Positions 48,229 through 58,498 of a DNA stretch of 64,000 nt are shown here, one piece after another. Under the pieces are notes generated by a model. That model saw only the letters and a program-made list of their open reading frames with translations. It ran no database searches and was not told the DNA's origin. The DNA is from Planctomycetota bacterium (lineage in GTDB: Bacteria > Planctomycetota > UBA1135 > UBA2386). Each line of letters begins with the position of its first letter. Within the stretch, counting starts at the first letter, position 1. The position numbers and the translations under genes are program-made. The stretch covers positions 64,001-128,000 of the forward strand of contig CANMWZ010000006.1 in NCBI GenBank assembly GCA_947501605.1, read 5' to 3'.

Positions 48229-49249
48229 GACCCTCTCCGTTGCGTTGGTTCAACCGCTTCTCCAGCACGTCGACTTTGCGGGGAAGGTCGGACAGATCGC
48301 GAAGCGCGACCATCGTGCGGATCCACCGGCGCTTCTCGATCAGTGGATGCCCCATGTAGTCCCCAGGCGCGTCGACGTTGGCCAAGATGCAGGAGTTGCC
48401 GCCAATGCGCACGTCACTGACGATCTTGAGGTGGCCGCCCACGGCAGCGTGCCCAGCCAGGATCACGCGATCGCCGATCACCGTGCTGCCAGCAACCAAC
48501 GATGCCGCTGCGAATGCGCAATCCTCGCCGATCACGCAGTTGTGCGCGACATGGCAGAGGTTGTCGATCTTGGTGCGGGCGCCGATCTGCGTGTCGCCAA
48601 TGGCACCGCGGTCAATCGTGCAGTTGGCGCCGATCTCGACGTCGTCATGGATTCGGACCCCACCCAACTGCGGCACCTTGACGAACTGCGCACCATCCAT
48701 GGCGTAGCCAAACCCGTCGCTGCCGATCACCGCGCCGGCATGCACCGCGACGCGGTTCCCGAGCACCACCCCGCGGTAGAGGGTCACCTGCGGATAGAGC
48801 ACGCAGTCGGCCCCGATCTGGCAATCGTCGCCAATCACGCACCCTGCCATGACCACCGTTCCGGCTCCGATACGCGCCTTGCCGACCACCGCGCGAGCGT
48901 GAACCTCTACGGCGCCGTCCAGATGGGCCTCCGAGTCGATGACTGCCGTCGGATGGATCGAGCGCATCGCTGCCCGCGGCACCGGATGGAAGCAAAGGGC
49001 CACGCGCGCGAAGGCGAGCCCGACGTCAGCGACGACGATCTGCGCCGCCGGAGTTTCCAGCTCGTCGAACGTGATGAGGGCACCGAGCTTGGTCGTGCGC
49101 GCCGCGTCGCGGTACCTCGTGTCGCGCACGAAGCCGATCTTGTCCTGACCGGCCATACGCAGGTCGGCGACACCGGTAATCGCCTGGTTGCCGTTTCCGA
49201 CGACGCGACCGCCGAGCAGGGCAGCCAGCGAAGACACCGTCTCCGTCAT
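48215..49249 (-). CDS. lpxD: UDP-3-O-(3-hydroxyacyl)glucosamine N-acyltransferase
   Basis: Hexapeptide repeats, IGSDGFGY, KVPQLG.V.I.DDVEIGAN.TIDRGA, KIDNL..VAHN. Confidence 0.96.
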   Translation of the reverse strand: MTETVSSLAALLGGRVVGNGNQAITGVADLRMAGQDKIGFVRDTRYRDAARTTKLGALITFDELETPAAQIVVADVGLAFARVALCFHPVPRAAMRSIHPTAVIDSEAHLDGAVEVHARAVVGKARIGAGTVVMAGCVIGDDCQIGADCVLYPQVTLYRGVVLGNRVAVHAGAVIGSDGFGYAMDGAQFVKVPQLGGVRIHDDVEIGANCTIDRGAIGDTQIGARTKIDNLCHVAHNCVIGEDCAFAAASLVAGSTVIGDRVILAGHAAVGGHLKIVSDVRIGGNSCILANVDAPGDYMGHPLIEKRRWIRTMVALRDLSDLPRKVDVLEKRLNQRNGEGLGRS

Positions 49250-52221
49250 CTTGGGGTCCGTTGCAGTTGCGAGTGTTCTGCGAGCTGTGCCGCCGCATCG
49301 CGCAGGCGATCGACTGGCCATTCAGGATCGTAGACGATGCGCTCGCCGATCGAACGGAAAAGGGCAGCGCCGGCCGCCGTGCGCACGGCGCGGTCCTCAT
49401 CGACGAGCCCGCGACCGAGCAGCATGAGCGACGCGCGATCGGTTCGCCCTCCGAGCGCGACCTGAAGCGCCTGCCGCTGCGCCGCGGGCCCATCGGCAAA
49501 GGCCAGAATGGAAGCCGTTGCTGGCAAATCAGCGCGCCAGATGCGGAGCAACTCAGCCTCGGCCCCACGCCCGCGCAGGGCCACCGCCGCCGCTTCGATG
49601 ACGAATGGATCCGCCAGCTCCCGCAATGCCGCCAGCGCGGCAGGTGGCGACGCACTTGCGCCCCATTGCGCCACCAGTGCGGCGGCGGAACGCGAACGGA
49701 ACCGGTGGCGCAACGCGATCGCCAGCGGACCATCGCCAACCGCGAGTTCGGCGAGGCGCTCCGCTGGCGGCAACTCGGTCCAATCGGCGAGCGGCGAGTG
49801 CGCCTGAAGGCCGGCGAGGACTGGCCGCAAGAGCGGCGGCGCATCGGCGGCAAAGCCCGCGTCGAGCGCCAGTGCCGCCCGACCCGCGTTGCGCCGTTCG
49901 CGGACGCGCTGGTCCTTGCGATCCGGCAAGGCCAGGGCAGCCTGCAGGATCGGCGACGGCGACCCGAGATGAAAAAAGCGCGCCGCCAAGACACTCGCGT
50001 CAGCGACCTGGGCTGGGTTGGCCGGGTCCGCCGCCGCAATCGAGCGTTCGGCAATGCGAACCGCAATCGCCAAGACCTCGCGCCGCAGGAGCACCGACAA
50101 CGGCCGTTCCCGCAGCGCCTTCGCGAGCACTGGTTCGGCCAGCGCCCAGGCCCCGATGTCCGCAGTCAGCGCCTGCAACCGGGCGCGACCGGTGGCATCG
50201 AGCTTCGAACGCACCACGCTGGCGAGCGCTGCCGCGTTCGCGTCCAAGGTCGCGTTCGGCGAGCCCGACGCCGATCGCACGGCAGGAAGTGGCGTCGCCT
50301 CACTCGGGGCAACCAGCGGCGGCGCCAGTTCGGCCAACAGGGCCGACCGCAGATCGCCGACGCTGCCAAGACCAGCCGAGTGCAAGTGCCAACGGGCGGC
50401 GATTGGCAGGCCATCGAGAACTTCGGCGATGCGATCCCACTCAGGCGGGCGGGCAAGTCCGCAAAGCAGCAGTGTGCGCTCGAAGAGGAACACCCCGCAC
50501 CACGGATGCACCACGGCAGCACTCGCGAGCGCCGACAGCAGCAGATCAGGCGGAGCGGTGTCGAGGGCAATTGCTTGCAGCACCGCACCGTTCGTCGCAG
50601 CTCGACGCATGGCGGCGTGTTCGGCAACCGTCGCCCGCCCTGGAAGTGCCGCACCCAGCAGCGTGCCATCGATGACCGCAGCACAACTCCCCAGCGGCAC
50701 GTGCAGCAAGAAGGTGCGGCTGCCAAGAAGTGCCGGCGCGGCTCCCGCCAAGTTGGGCTGCAACACACCGGGCGCAGGAGCCACAGGACCGTCGGCCTGC
50801 AAGCGTGGCTGCAGCGCGATGGCATCGGCGCACGGCTCGATCCAGGCGACGGCATCGAGCTGGAAGTCGCGCGCACACGCGCGCAAGCGCCCCGTGTGCG
50901 GGCCCAATACCGCAATGGTCCCGCGGTCGGGCGCGAGCGCCATCGCCGCAAACATCAGCAGCGTCGCATGGTCGCACGACGGACCCGCGCGATCCACTTC
51001 GAGGCCGTCGATGGCCAGGGTGATCTGCTGCGTTCGCGCAGACCAGCTGGCCCGGGCCGTTCCCGAACGCCCGAGCACGACATCTTCGGTCGCCGAGGAC
51101 GACGACGTCGCGCCGCCGAACACGACGACCGCGAAGCCACCGGCGATTGTGCTGATGCCGCCTAGCGCCGTTCGTCGCACCAGGGCGAGCGACGCCCCTA
51201 CTGCGAGCACCGCCGCGACCACGCCGATCGAGAGCCCGCTCTGGCAACCCGCGACGCCGAGGATCGCCCCTGCGAGAGCGCGCCCGCCCGCAGCGAGGAG
51301 TTCGCGTGGCGAGCCGGAGCCCATGGCGTTGGCGAGCAGAAACGCCGAGGCAACGGCAATGCCGGTCGTTCGCGACAACGGGTCGCTTGCAGCGGCCGCG
51401 GCGAACGCGGCGAGCACTACCGTGGCGAGGCCATTGGCGCGCGCCAGGGTCGCGAGTGGTAGGCGCGCCGCCATTCCGAACCCAAGCGCGGCGGCCGCAA
51501 ATGCGCCAGCACTGCAGTCAGCGCCAGGCCACGCCATTGACTGTTCGCCGAGACCGGCGGGGATGCAGACGAACCAGACCAGCACGGCACCGGCCGGAAG
51601 CGCCAGCGACGGCATCGCTCGGGCTGCGACACGACTCGAGGCGACGACCGCGCGGGGCGCGAGCGTGGCCGCGGCAAGCCAGAGCACGGCGCCAGTGGCG
51701 AAGACCGGCGCCCACTCAGGCACCGCAAACACCGACAGGATCGACAGGGATGCTGCAGCGCCGAGCCCGGCACCAGCGAGCAGCGTTGCGCCGCCGGAAG
51801 CCCGACCGCCAACCATGGCGGCGAGCAGCGCCGCGGCAGACGCCAAGGGCAGCGCCAAGAGTGGCACGGCCGCAAAGGTGGTCGAGGCAGTGCGCGGCGA
51901 CATGGTTGCGACGGCCATGGCCGCGAGCACAACGGCACCGATGAGCGCGGCCGCGAGTGCCATGAAGGAACGCCTGCGCGCTTGCCAAGCGACGCCGATG
52001 CCAGCACCGATAGCGCACGTGAACGCAGTGAGCACCCGCTCGTCGAACGGCAATAGGGGCACGCCCACCGAAACCGCGCGCCAGGTCGACACGGAGGCCC
52101 ACCACAAAGCCCCGCCAGCGCCAAGCAGTCCCGCAGCTACCGCTGCCGACCACCACCCAGCACGCGGCGGCGCGACGGTGCTGGCGACGGCAGCATCAAC
52201 GGTAAAACCGGACTCGGGCAT
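49246..52221 (-). CDS. Large Ala-rich membrane protein, degenerate fused TM + spermidine-synthase-like domain with HEAT-like C-terminus
   Basis: Many TM segments, then LAIDG....., IAVLGPHTG, VAWIEP and a helical tail; ATGA overlap with the lpxD start. Confidence 0.55.
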   Translation of the reverse strand: MPESGFTVDAAVASTVAPPRAGWWSAAVAAGLLGAGGALWWASVSTWRAVSVGVPLLPFDERVLTAFTCAIGAGIGVAWQARRRSFMALAAALIGAVVLAAMAVATMSPRTASTTFAAVPLLALPLASAAALLAAMVGGRASGGATLLAGAGLGAAASLSILSVFAVPEWAPVFATGAVLWLAAATLAPRAVVASSRVAARAMPSLALPAGAVLVWFVCIPAGLGEQSMAWPGADCSAGAFAAAALGFGMAARLPLATLARANGLATVVLAAFAAAAASDPLSRTTGIAVASAFLLANAMGSGSPRELLAAGGRALAGAILGVAGCQSGLSIGVVAAVLAVGASLALVRRTALGGISTIAGGFAVVVFGGATSSSSATEDVVLGRSGTARASWSARTQQITLAIDGLEVDRAGPSCDHATLLMFAAMALAPDRGTIAVLGPHTGRLRACARDFQLDAVAWIEPCADAIALQPRLQADGPVAPAPGVLQPNLAGAAPALLGSRTFLLHVPLGSCAAVIDGTLLGAALPGRATVAEHAAMRRAATNGAVLQAIALDTAPPDLLLSALASAAVVHPWCGVFLFERTLLLCGLARPPEWDRIAEVLDGLPIAARWHLHSAGLGSVGDLRSALLAELAPPLVAPSEATPLPAVRSASGSPNATLDANAAALASVVRSKLDATGRARLQALTADIGAWALAEPVLAKALRERPLSVLLRREVLAIAVRIAERSIAAADPANPAQVADASVLAARFFHLGSPSPILQAALALPDRKDQRVRERRNAGRAALALDAGFAADAPPLLRPVLAGLQAHSPLADWTELPPAERLAELAVGDGPLAIALRHRFRSRSAAALVAQWGASASPPAALAALRELADPFVIEAAAVALRGRGAEAELLRIWRADLPATASILAFADGPAAQRQALQVALGGRTDRASLMLLGRGLVDEDRAVRTAAGAALFRSIGERIVYDPEWPVDRLRDAAAQLAEHSQLQRTPR

Positions 52222-52363
52222 CGGCCCCAACATAGCTGCTGGAAGCAACTTGTCGCGGGTCGACTGGCTACCCCGCCGCACCACGGCAGGCGGCACCGAC
52301 CATGGCGTCGCCGGGCCGAAGGTGCGAGCGGGCAGCGACGGCTCGCTCGTTACCGCGGACCGC

Positions 52364-52837
52364 TCAAGGGGCGCGGGCGGCATCCAGTTCGCGCAGGGCC
52401 GCGATGGCCTCGGCGGGAGTCTTGCACAGCAGCAAGCGCTGCCTGACATCGGCGCGCGCCAACATGCGCGCGATTTCTGCCAGCGTCTTGATGTGCATCA
52501 GCTTTTTGTGTCGCGGATAAATGAGCCCGACCAGGATCTGCGCGGGCTTCTTGTCCACGGCCTCGAACGGGATCCCATCCGGGGCAAGCGCCAGGATCGC
52601 GAGCAAGTCATCGATGCCGTCGACCGCGGCGTGTGGGATTGCGATGCCGTGCTCCATGCCAGTCGACATGCTGCGCTCCCTTTCCACCAGCGCGCGCTCG
52701 ATCATCGGCGCCACTGCCGCGGAGTAGCGGCCCGAGCGCACCGGTAGCGCCGCGAGAATCGAGAGAGCCTGCCATTTGTCGGCGGCTCGCAGCGGCACCT
52801 CCACTAGGTCCTGCACGATGAGTTCGGAGAGCTTCAT
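52364..52837 (-). CDS. PTS IIA domain protein (Ntr/fructose type)
   Basis: ERE..MSTGMEHGIAIPHA, GIPFEAVD..PA.I, H...LA.IAR. Confidence 0.9.
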   Translation of the reverse strand: MKLSELIVQDLVEVPLRAADKWQALSILAALPVRSGRYSAAVAPMIERALVERERSMSTGMEHGIAIPHAAVDGIDDLLAILALAPDGIPFEAVDKKPAQILVGLIYPRHKKLMHIKTLAEIARMLARADVRQRLLLCKTPAEAIAALRELDAARAP

Positions 52838-53047
52838 GCGCGCGCACAACCGACCTGCGAAATCACCTTCGCTGCGGCGCGAAGATCAGAGCCCCATGGG
52901 CAACTCAAGCAACCGCAAAGTCGGAAACCACGAGAACGCACTTCCTTGCGCCTGCCGAGCGAAATAAAAACCTCGCTCGCTCCGTCGGAGGCCGCTCAGA
53001 ATCAAACGGTCACGCCACTCCGGCCCAAGCAGCAGGAAACCACGCTG

Positions 53048-55453
53048 ATGTCCGATCCGATCCGCCGTTCGTCGCGCCGCGCCATGTTCGCTTCGCTGTC
53101 GGCCGCTTTGATGCCCGCTGCGCCGCGCCGTACTGCCGCGTCCAGCTTTGCCATCGCTCTCGCTCTCTCTTCCTTTGCGACCGGGACGTTCCTCCCTGCC
53201 CTGGGTGCGCAGACGCCACCACCGGTGACGCCACCCCCCGAGCAGGTCGGAGGCACGCAGGAGCCGCAGGCCGGCAAACCGCGCATGGAGGTCAAGGGCG
53301 ACAAGATCGTGTTCTCGATGAGCGAGACTTCGGGCATGGACCTGAAGGAGTTCGTGAAGTGGGCCCAGGAGATGACGGGCTACCGCTTCTACTTCAACGA
53401 GAACGAACTGCAGCAGAGTCCCAGCGGCACGCGCGTCAGCTTCCTCGGCACCTTCACGTTCAATCGCGACGGCTTCGTGAAGGAGTTCTTCGGCTTCTTC
53501 CAGACGATGCTCTACATCAAGGGCTTCGCCTTGCTGCCGCGCGGAACGGGAGAGCAGGAACTGCTCGAGATCGTTTCGATGAGCGGCCAGCGTGCGCGCG
53601 ACGTCAACAGCAGCGCCCGCTACGTGGCGCTCGAGTCGATCGAGGAGTACCGGAGCCAGACCGGCGTGCCGATCCTGACGACCGTCCCGCTGAAGAACAT
53701 CAACGCCAACATCGCAACCAACGCCTTGCGCCCGTTCTTCGCGCAAGCCGGTGCCGCCGCTGGCGCTGCGAGTCTGACGTTCGGAACTGCCGGTAACAAC
53801 ACGGCTCTGCTACTGCAGGGCTTTGGGCCGCAGGTCTACGACGCCGTCAAGCTGCTGCAGTTGGTCGACAAGCCGGTCGAGTCCCCAGAACTCGTCACCC
53901 AAGTACACCGCCTGGAGCACGCGGCCCCGGAAGAACTCGAACCGATCCTGACCGAGATCCTCGACAACCGTTCGCGCGTCCGCCAACAGGCACTCGCGGA
54001 GTCCGGCCAAGCCGGCGCGTCGGGAGCGCCGATGCAGGCAGGTGGGCAGAGTCAGATGAAGGTCGTCGTCAACCCAGCCCTCAAGGCGCTGGTTTTGTCC
54101 GGCACTGCGGAGCAGGTGAGCGAAGCACTCGAGCTCGTCGCCCGACTCGATGTGCCGCCAGAACCATTCGATGGCCAGGCCTCCGTGATCCCACTGAAGA
54201 ACGTGCTCGCCGAGGACCTGCAACGGACGCTCAATGAGTTCGTGGCGGAGGACCAGCGCGCCGACCAGCAGGCCCAGGCAGGCCAACCCGGCGCCGGTAG
54301 TTCGCGCCGCCCCCGTCCGACCGTCATCCGCGTGCACAAGGAGAGCAACAGCCTCCTGATCTCAGCCGCAGCGACCAAGTACAAGCAGATCGTCTCGCTC
54401 ATCGACGAACTCGACAAGCGCCAGCCCCAGGTGCTCATCGAGTGTGCCCTGGTCGAACTGACCACTGGCGACCTCGACCGCTTCGGCGTCGAACTCGGCT
54501 TGATCGACATCAATCAGAACGGCGACTTCACCCGCGGCTTCGGCTTCTCGAACTTCGGTCTGTCGACCTTCCAAGACAACGACGACGACGGCATCCCAGA
54601 CACTCGCCTGCCTGACTTCGACAACCCGCTGCAGGGTGTGACCGGCGGCATCATCAGCGGCGGCGACTTCGCCGTCCCGGCACTGGTCAACGCACTGTCG
54701 ACCGACGATCGCGCCAACATCCTGTCGATGCCGAGCGTGCTGGTGAACAACAACTCACCGGCAACCGTAACGACCGAAGAGGAGCGTCCGACCCTGACGC
54801 AGAACCAGGGCAACGCCACGACGCAGTCCGGCGTCGGCACGCCCCGCAACGCCGGTATCACGCTCGAGATCTCGCCGACGATCAGCAAGAACAACTACTT
54901 GCGCCTCAACATCAGTCTCGAGGTCTCGCGCTTCATCGGCGCCTTCGACCCCAACTCGGCGACCGGTGGCGGCATCGTCGTGCGCCGCACGATCGAAACG
55001 CAGGTGACGATGCCGAGCGGCGACACGATGGTGCTCGGTGGTGTGATCGACGATCAAGAGTCGCACAGCGACCGCGGCATCCCGTTCCTCAAGGACCTGC
55101 CGCTGCTGGGCTTCTTGTTCCGCAGCAGTGATGACACGTCGAACAAGACGAACCTCTACTTCTTCGTGACGCCCACGATTCTCGACGAAGACGACTTCGA
55201 CGACCTGTGGCAACTCAGTCTGCAGAAGAAGATGGAAGCCGATCGCTACATCGGCACGCGGCGCCTGCGCCTCATCGATCGCAAGTGGACCAGCCCGAGC
55301 GCCGCGCAAGCCCGCACGCTGGAGGACACCGGCACGTCGCTGGAGGACATCGATCGCTTCAGCGACAACGAGATGCCGTACTACCACCGGCCCGATCGCC
55401 AGAAGACGCAAGCTACGCCCAGCGGTCCCGTGACTCCCAACCAAGGCCAGTGA
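53048..55453 (+). CDS. gspD: Type II secretion system secretin
   Basis: N-domain repeats, LDKRQPQVLIE, NILSMPS, GITLEISPTI, VLGGVI, GIPFLKDLPLLGFLFRS, NLYFFVTPTI. Confidence 0.92.
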   Translation: MSDPIRRSSRRAMFASLSAALMPAAPRRTAASSFAIALALSSFATGTFLPALGAQTPPPVTPPPEQVGGTQEPQAGKPRMEVKGDKIVFSMSETSGMDLKEFVKWAQEMTGYRFYFNENELQQSPSGTRVSFLGTFTFNRDGFVKEFFGFFQTMLYIKGFALLPRGTGEQELLEIVSMSGQRARDVNSSARYVALESIEEYRSQTGVPILTTVPLKNINANIATNALRPFFAQAGAAAGAASLTFGTAGNNTALLLQGFGPQVYDAVKLLQLVDKPVESPELVTQVHRLEHAAPEELEPILTEILDNRSRVRQQALAESGQAGASGAPMQAGGQSQMKVVVNPALKALVLSGTAEQVSEALELVARLDVPPEPFDGQASVIPLKNVLAEDLQRTLNEFVAEDQRADQQAQAGQPGAGSSRRPRPTVIRVHKESNSLLISAAATKYKQIVSLIDELDKRQPQVLIECALVELTTGDLDRFGVELGLIDINQNGDFTRGFGFSNFGLSTFQDNDDDGIPDTRLPDFDNPLQGVTGGIISGGDFAVPALVNALSTDDRANILSMPSVLVNNNSPATVTTEEERPTLTQNQGNATTQSGVGTPRNAGITLEISPTISKNNYLRLNISLEVSRFIGAFDPNSATGGGIVVRRTIETQVTMPSGDTMVLGGVIDDQESHSDRGIPFLKDLPLLGFLFRSSDDTSNKTNLYFFVTPTILDEDDFDDLWQLSLQKKMEADRYIGTRRLRLIDRKWTSPSAAQARTLEDTGTSLEDIDRFSDNEMPYYHRPDRQKTQATPSGPVTPNQGQ

Positions 55454-55457
55454 TCTC

Positions 55458-57173
55458 GTGACCATGCTGCAGGATCGAATTCGCGAAGGGCTCCTGCGCA
55501 AGGCGGGGCTGACCCAGATCCAGATCGACGATGCTCTCGCCGCCGAACACGAAAGCGGGCTGGGCCTCGATCAGGTTCTGATCACCAAGAACTTCCTGCC
55601 CGAAGCCAAGTGTTTGCAGTTCTTCGCTGACTTCCTCGGCATGGAGTTCCGGCCAAGCCTCGAGGGCATCGGGGTGCCTGGCGACTTCATCCACAAGGTG
55701 CCGGTGCAGTTCGCCCGTACGCACGGGCTGATCGCCATCGCGATTCGAGAAGGCGTGCTGCAGGTGGCGACGCACAAGCCGCTCGAAGTGCAACCGATGG
55801 ATGACCTCGCAACGATGCTGCGTTGCGAAGTCGAAGGCGTACTGACGCCGCGGTCCGAGATCGCCAACCTGATCAACCGCGCCTACCGCCACAAGGCCGA
55901 CGGAGTCGACGAAGCCCTCGAGGACATCGAGGACACCGACATCGTCGCGGTCGCGGGCCAGATCCAGGAGAGCGAAGACCTCCTCGACCAGAACAAGGCG
56001 CCGGTCATCAAGTTGGTGAACATGCTGCTGTTCCAGGCGCTCAAACTGCGCGCCTCGGACATCCACCTGCAGCCCTACGCCGACCGCCTCCAGGTCCGCA
56101 TGCGCATCGACGGCGTGCTCTACGACATGGAGTCGGTGCCCAAGCGCGCGCAAGAGGCGATCGTGAGCCGCGTCAAGGTCATGGGCAAAATGGACATCGC
56201 CGAGCGCCGGCTGCCGCAGGACGGCCGCGCGAGCATTCGCATCGGCGATGGCGACGTCGACGTGCGCATCAGCTCGGTGCCCGTCACCAGCGGGGAACGC
56301 ATCGTCTTCCGCATCCTCGACAAGACGACCAAGATCTACAGCCTGGAGCAGATCGGGCTATCGCTCGACAACCAGCGCACGATCAAGCGCTACATCAACT
56401 ACTCCCACGGCATCATCTTCGTCACCGGCCCAACGGGTTCGGGCAAGACGACGACGCTCTATGCCTGCCTCGACGCGATCAACGCGCCCAGCCTCAACAT
56501 CCTGACCATCGAAGACCCTGTCGAATACAACCTCGACGGCATCAGTCAGGTGCAAGTCAACGTCAAGAAGGGTCTGACCTTCGCCAACGGCCTGCGCAGC
56601 TTCTTGCGTCAGGACCCGGACGTCATGATGGTCGGCGAAGTGCGCGACAACGAGACCGCGGACATCGCCATCCGCGCCGCCCTGACGGGCCACTTGGTGT
56701 TCTCGACGGTGCACACCAACGATTCCGCGTCGACCGTTACGCGCCTGATCGACATCGGCGTGGAGCCATATCTGGTGTCGTCGTCGATGCTGCTGGTCGT
56801 CGCCCAGCGACTGCTGCGAACCGTGTGCGCGAACTGCCGCGAACCGGTCGAGCCCGACGAGCAGATGCTGTTCCACCTCGAAGACCTCAAGCTGAAGCGC
56901 GAGCAGTTCCAGAACGGCAAACTGATGATCGGCCGCGGCTGTGACGAGTGCTTCCATTCGGGCTACGCCGGCCGGACTGCCATCTACGAGGTCATGCCCA
57001 TCGACAGTGCCGTGCAGGAACAAATCGTGCGCAAGGCAACCGCCAGCGAGATCAAGCGGTCGGCCCTCGAGCGCGGCCTCCGCACCTTGCGCATGGACGG
57101 CGTGGACAAACTGCTCGCGGGGTTGACGACACCGGACGAAGTCCTGCGCGTCACCCAACTGGACGTGACGTGA
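55458..57173 (+). CDS. gspE: Type II secretion system ATPase
   Basis: ASDIHLQP, DIAERRLPQDGR, GPTGSGKTTTLY, TIEDPVEY, RQDPDVMMVGEVRD, TGHLVFSTVH, CANC...CDEC. Confidence 0.95.
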   Translation: MTMLQDRIREGLLRKAGLTQIQIDDALAAEHESGLGLDQVLITKNFLPEAKCLQFFADFLGMEFRPSLEGIGVPGDFIHKVPVQFARTHGLIAIAIREGVLQVATHKPLEVQPMDDLATMLRCEVEGVLTPRSEIANLINRAYRHKADGVDEALEDIEDTDIVAVAGQIQESEDLLDQNKAPVIKLVNMLLFQALKLRASDIHLQPYADRLQVRMRIDGVLYDMESVPKRAQEAIVSRVKVMGKMDIAERRLPQDGRASIRIGDGDVDVRISSVPVTSGERIVFRILDKTTKIYSLEQIGLSLDNQRTIKRYINYSHGIIFVTGPTGSGKTTTLYACLDAINAPSLNILTIEDPVEYNLDGISQVQVNVKKGLTFANGLRSFLRQDPDVMMVGEVRDNETADIAIRAALTGHLVFSTVHTNDSASTVTRLIDIGVEPYLVSSSMLLVVAQRLLRTVCANCREPVEPDEQMLFHLEDLKLKREQFQNGKLMIGRGCDECFHSGYAGRTAIYEVMPIDSAVQEQIVRKATASEIKRSALERGLRTLRMDGVDKLLAGLTTPDEVLRVTQLDVT

Positions 57174-57195
57174 ACCCCGCAGCGAGCCAATAGCC

Positions 57196-58419
57196 GTGCC
57201 CATCTTCGAGTACAAGGCCGTAGGCCCGGACAACAAGACCAAGAAAGGCATGATCGACGCGGACACCCCGCGCGACGCACGCCTGAAGCTCAAGAAGGAG
57301 CGGCTCTACGTCACCGACCTGAACGAGCGGGGCAAGGAGGGCGTTCGTCGCGTCCGGATCCGCGGCGTCACCGGCGTCACCACGGTCAACAAACAGCGCA
57401 TGGAGCAGATCGCCGCGGTGACGCGCCAAATGGCGTCGCTGCTGCAGGCCGGCATTCCGTTGGCAGAGGCGCTGCGCATGGTCATCGAGCAGGCCCCCGA
57501 CAAGCGCATCGAGAGCGCGTTCCGCGACATCCGCGAGAAGGTCACGCAAGGCATGCCCTTTGGCGACGCGGTGCTCCAGCACCCCGCGTACTTCACGCCC
57601 CTCTACTCCAACATGGTCAAGGCGGGAGAGTCATCGGGCGCCCTGGAGCAGGTGCTTGGCCGCCTCGCCGGGTTCTTGCAGGCGCAGACGCGCCTCAAGA
57701 ACAAGGTCGGGGCAGCCCTGGTCTACCCGACAGTGATGATCTGCGTCGGCGTGGTCGTCGTCGCTGTGTTGATGACCTTCGTCGTCCCCAACGTGACCAA
57801 GCTCATCCAGAAGCGCGGCCAGGACCTACCGCTGCCGACCGAGATCTTGATCGTGACGTCGAACTTCCTCGTCAACTACTGGCTCCTCGTGCTCCTCGGC
57901 TTGTTGCTGCTGGTGGTCGCGTTCCAGATGTTCATCAACTCGGACAAGGGCCGATTGGTCTGGGACAGGTTCAAACTGTCGGTGCCGGTGTTTGGCGATC
58001 TGATGCGCAAGCAGTCGATGGCGCGCTTCGCCGTGACGCTGTCGACACTGCTCCGATCCGGTGTGCCGGCGCTGCAAGCGATCGAAGTCACGCGCAACGT
58101 ACTCGACAACAAGATCCTGCAGAACGCTCTGCAGGACGTGCACGACAAAGTGCTCGAAGGCGCCGACATCAGCACACCGATGAAATCGAGTGGCGCGTTT
58201 CCGCCCACGGTCTCCTACATGGTCGGCGTCGGCGAGCAAGCCGGCAACCTGGAGGAGATGCTCGAGCGCATCGCCGCAACCTACGACGAAGAGGTGGACC
58301 TCTCGACACAGAAGCTGACCTCGCTGATCGAACCGCTGATCATCGTCATGCTTGCCGTCGTCGTCGCCGGCATTGTCATCGCGATCGTGATGCCGCTGAT
58401 GCAACTGCAGCGCACCTGA
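57196..58419 (+). CDS. gspF: Type II secretion system inner-membrane platform protein
   Basis: RQMASLLQAGIPL, AGESSGAL, ALVYP, LLRSGVP, GEQAGNL, LIEP. Confidence 0.95.
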   Translation: MPIFEYKAVGPDNKTKKGMIDADTPRDARLKLKKERLYVTDLNERGKEGVRRVRIRGVTGVTTVNKQRMEQIAAVTRQMASLLQAGIPLAEALRMVIEQAPDKRIESAFRDIREKVTQGMPFGDAVLQHPAYFTPLYSNMVKAGESSGALEQVLGRLAGFLQAQTRLKNKVGAALVYPTVMICVGVVVVAVLMTFVVPNVTKLIQKRGQDLPLPTEILIVTSNFLVNYWLLVLLGLLLLVVAFQMFINSDKGRLVWDRFKLSVPVFGDLMRKQSMARFAVTLSTLLRSGVPALQAIEVTRNVLDNKILQNALQDVHDKVLEGADISTPMKSSGAFPPTVSYMVGVGEQAGNLEEMLERIAATYDEEVDLSTQKLTSLIEPLIIVMLAVVVAGIVIAIVMPLMQLQRT

Positions 58420-58498
58420 GCCAGCCGCCAATCGCGGCGCCAACGGCAAAGCCAACGCACACGTGCAGGCGCTCGGCCGCGAGCCGTATCCTCCGCGC

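Noticed and set aside
53048..53210. Twin-arginine-like motif (SRRAMF) at the GspD N-terminus
   Set aside because: The start codon is uncertain, Arg pairs are frequent in high-GC leaders, and secretins are normally Sec substrates.
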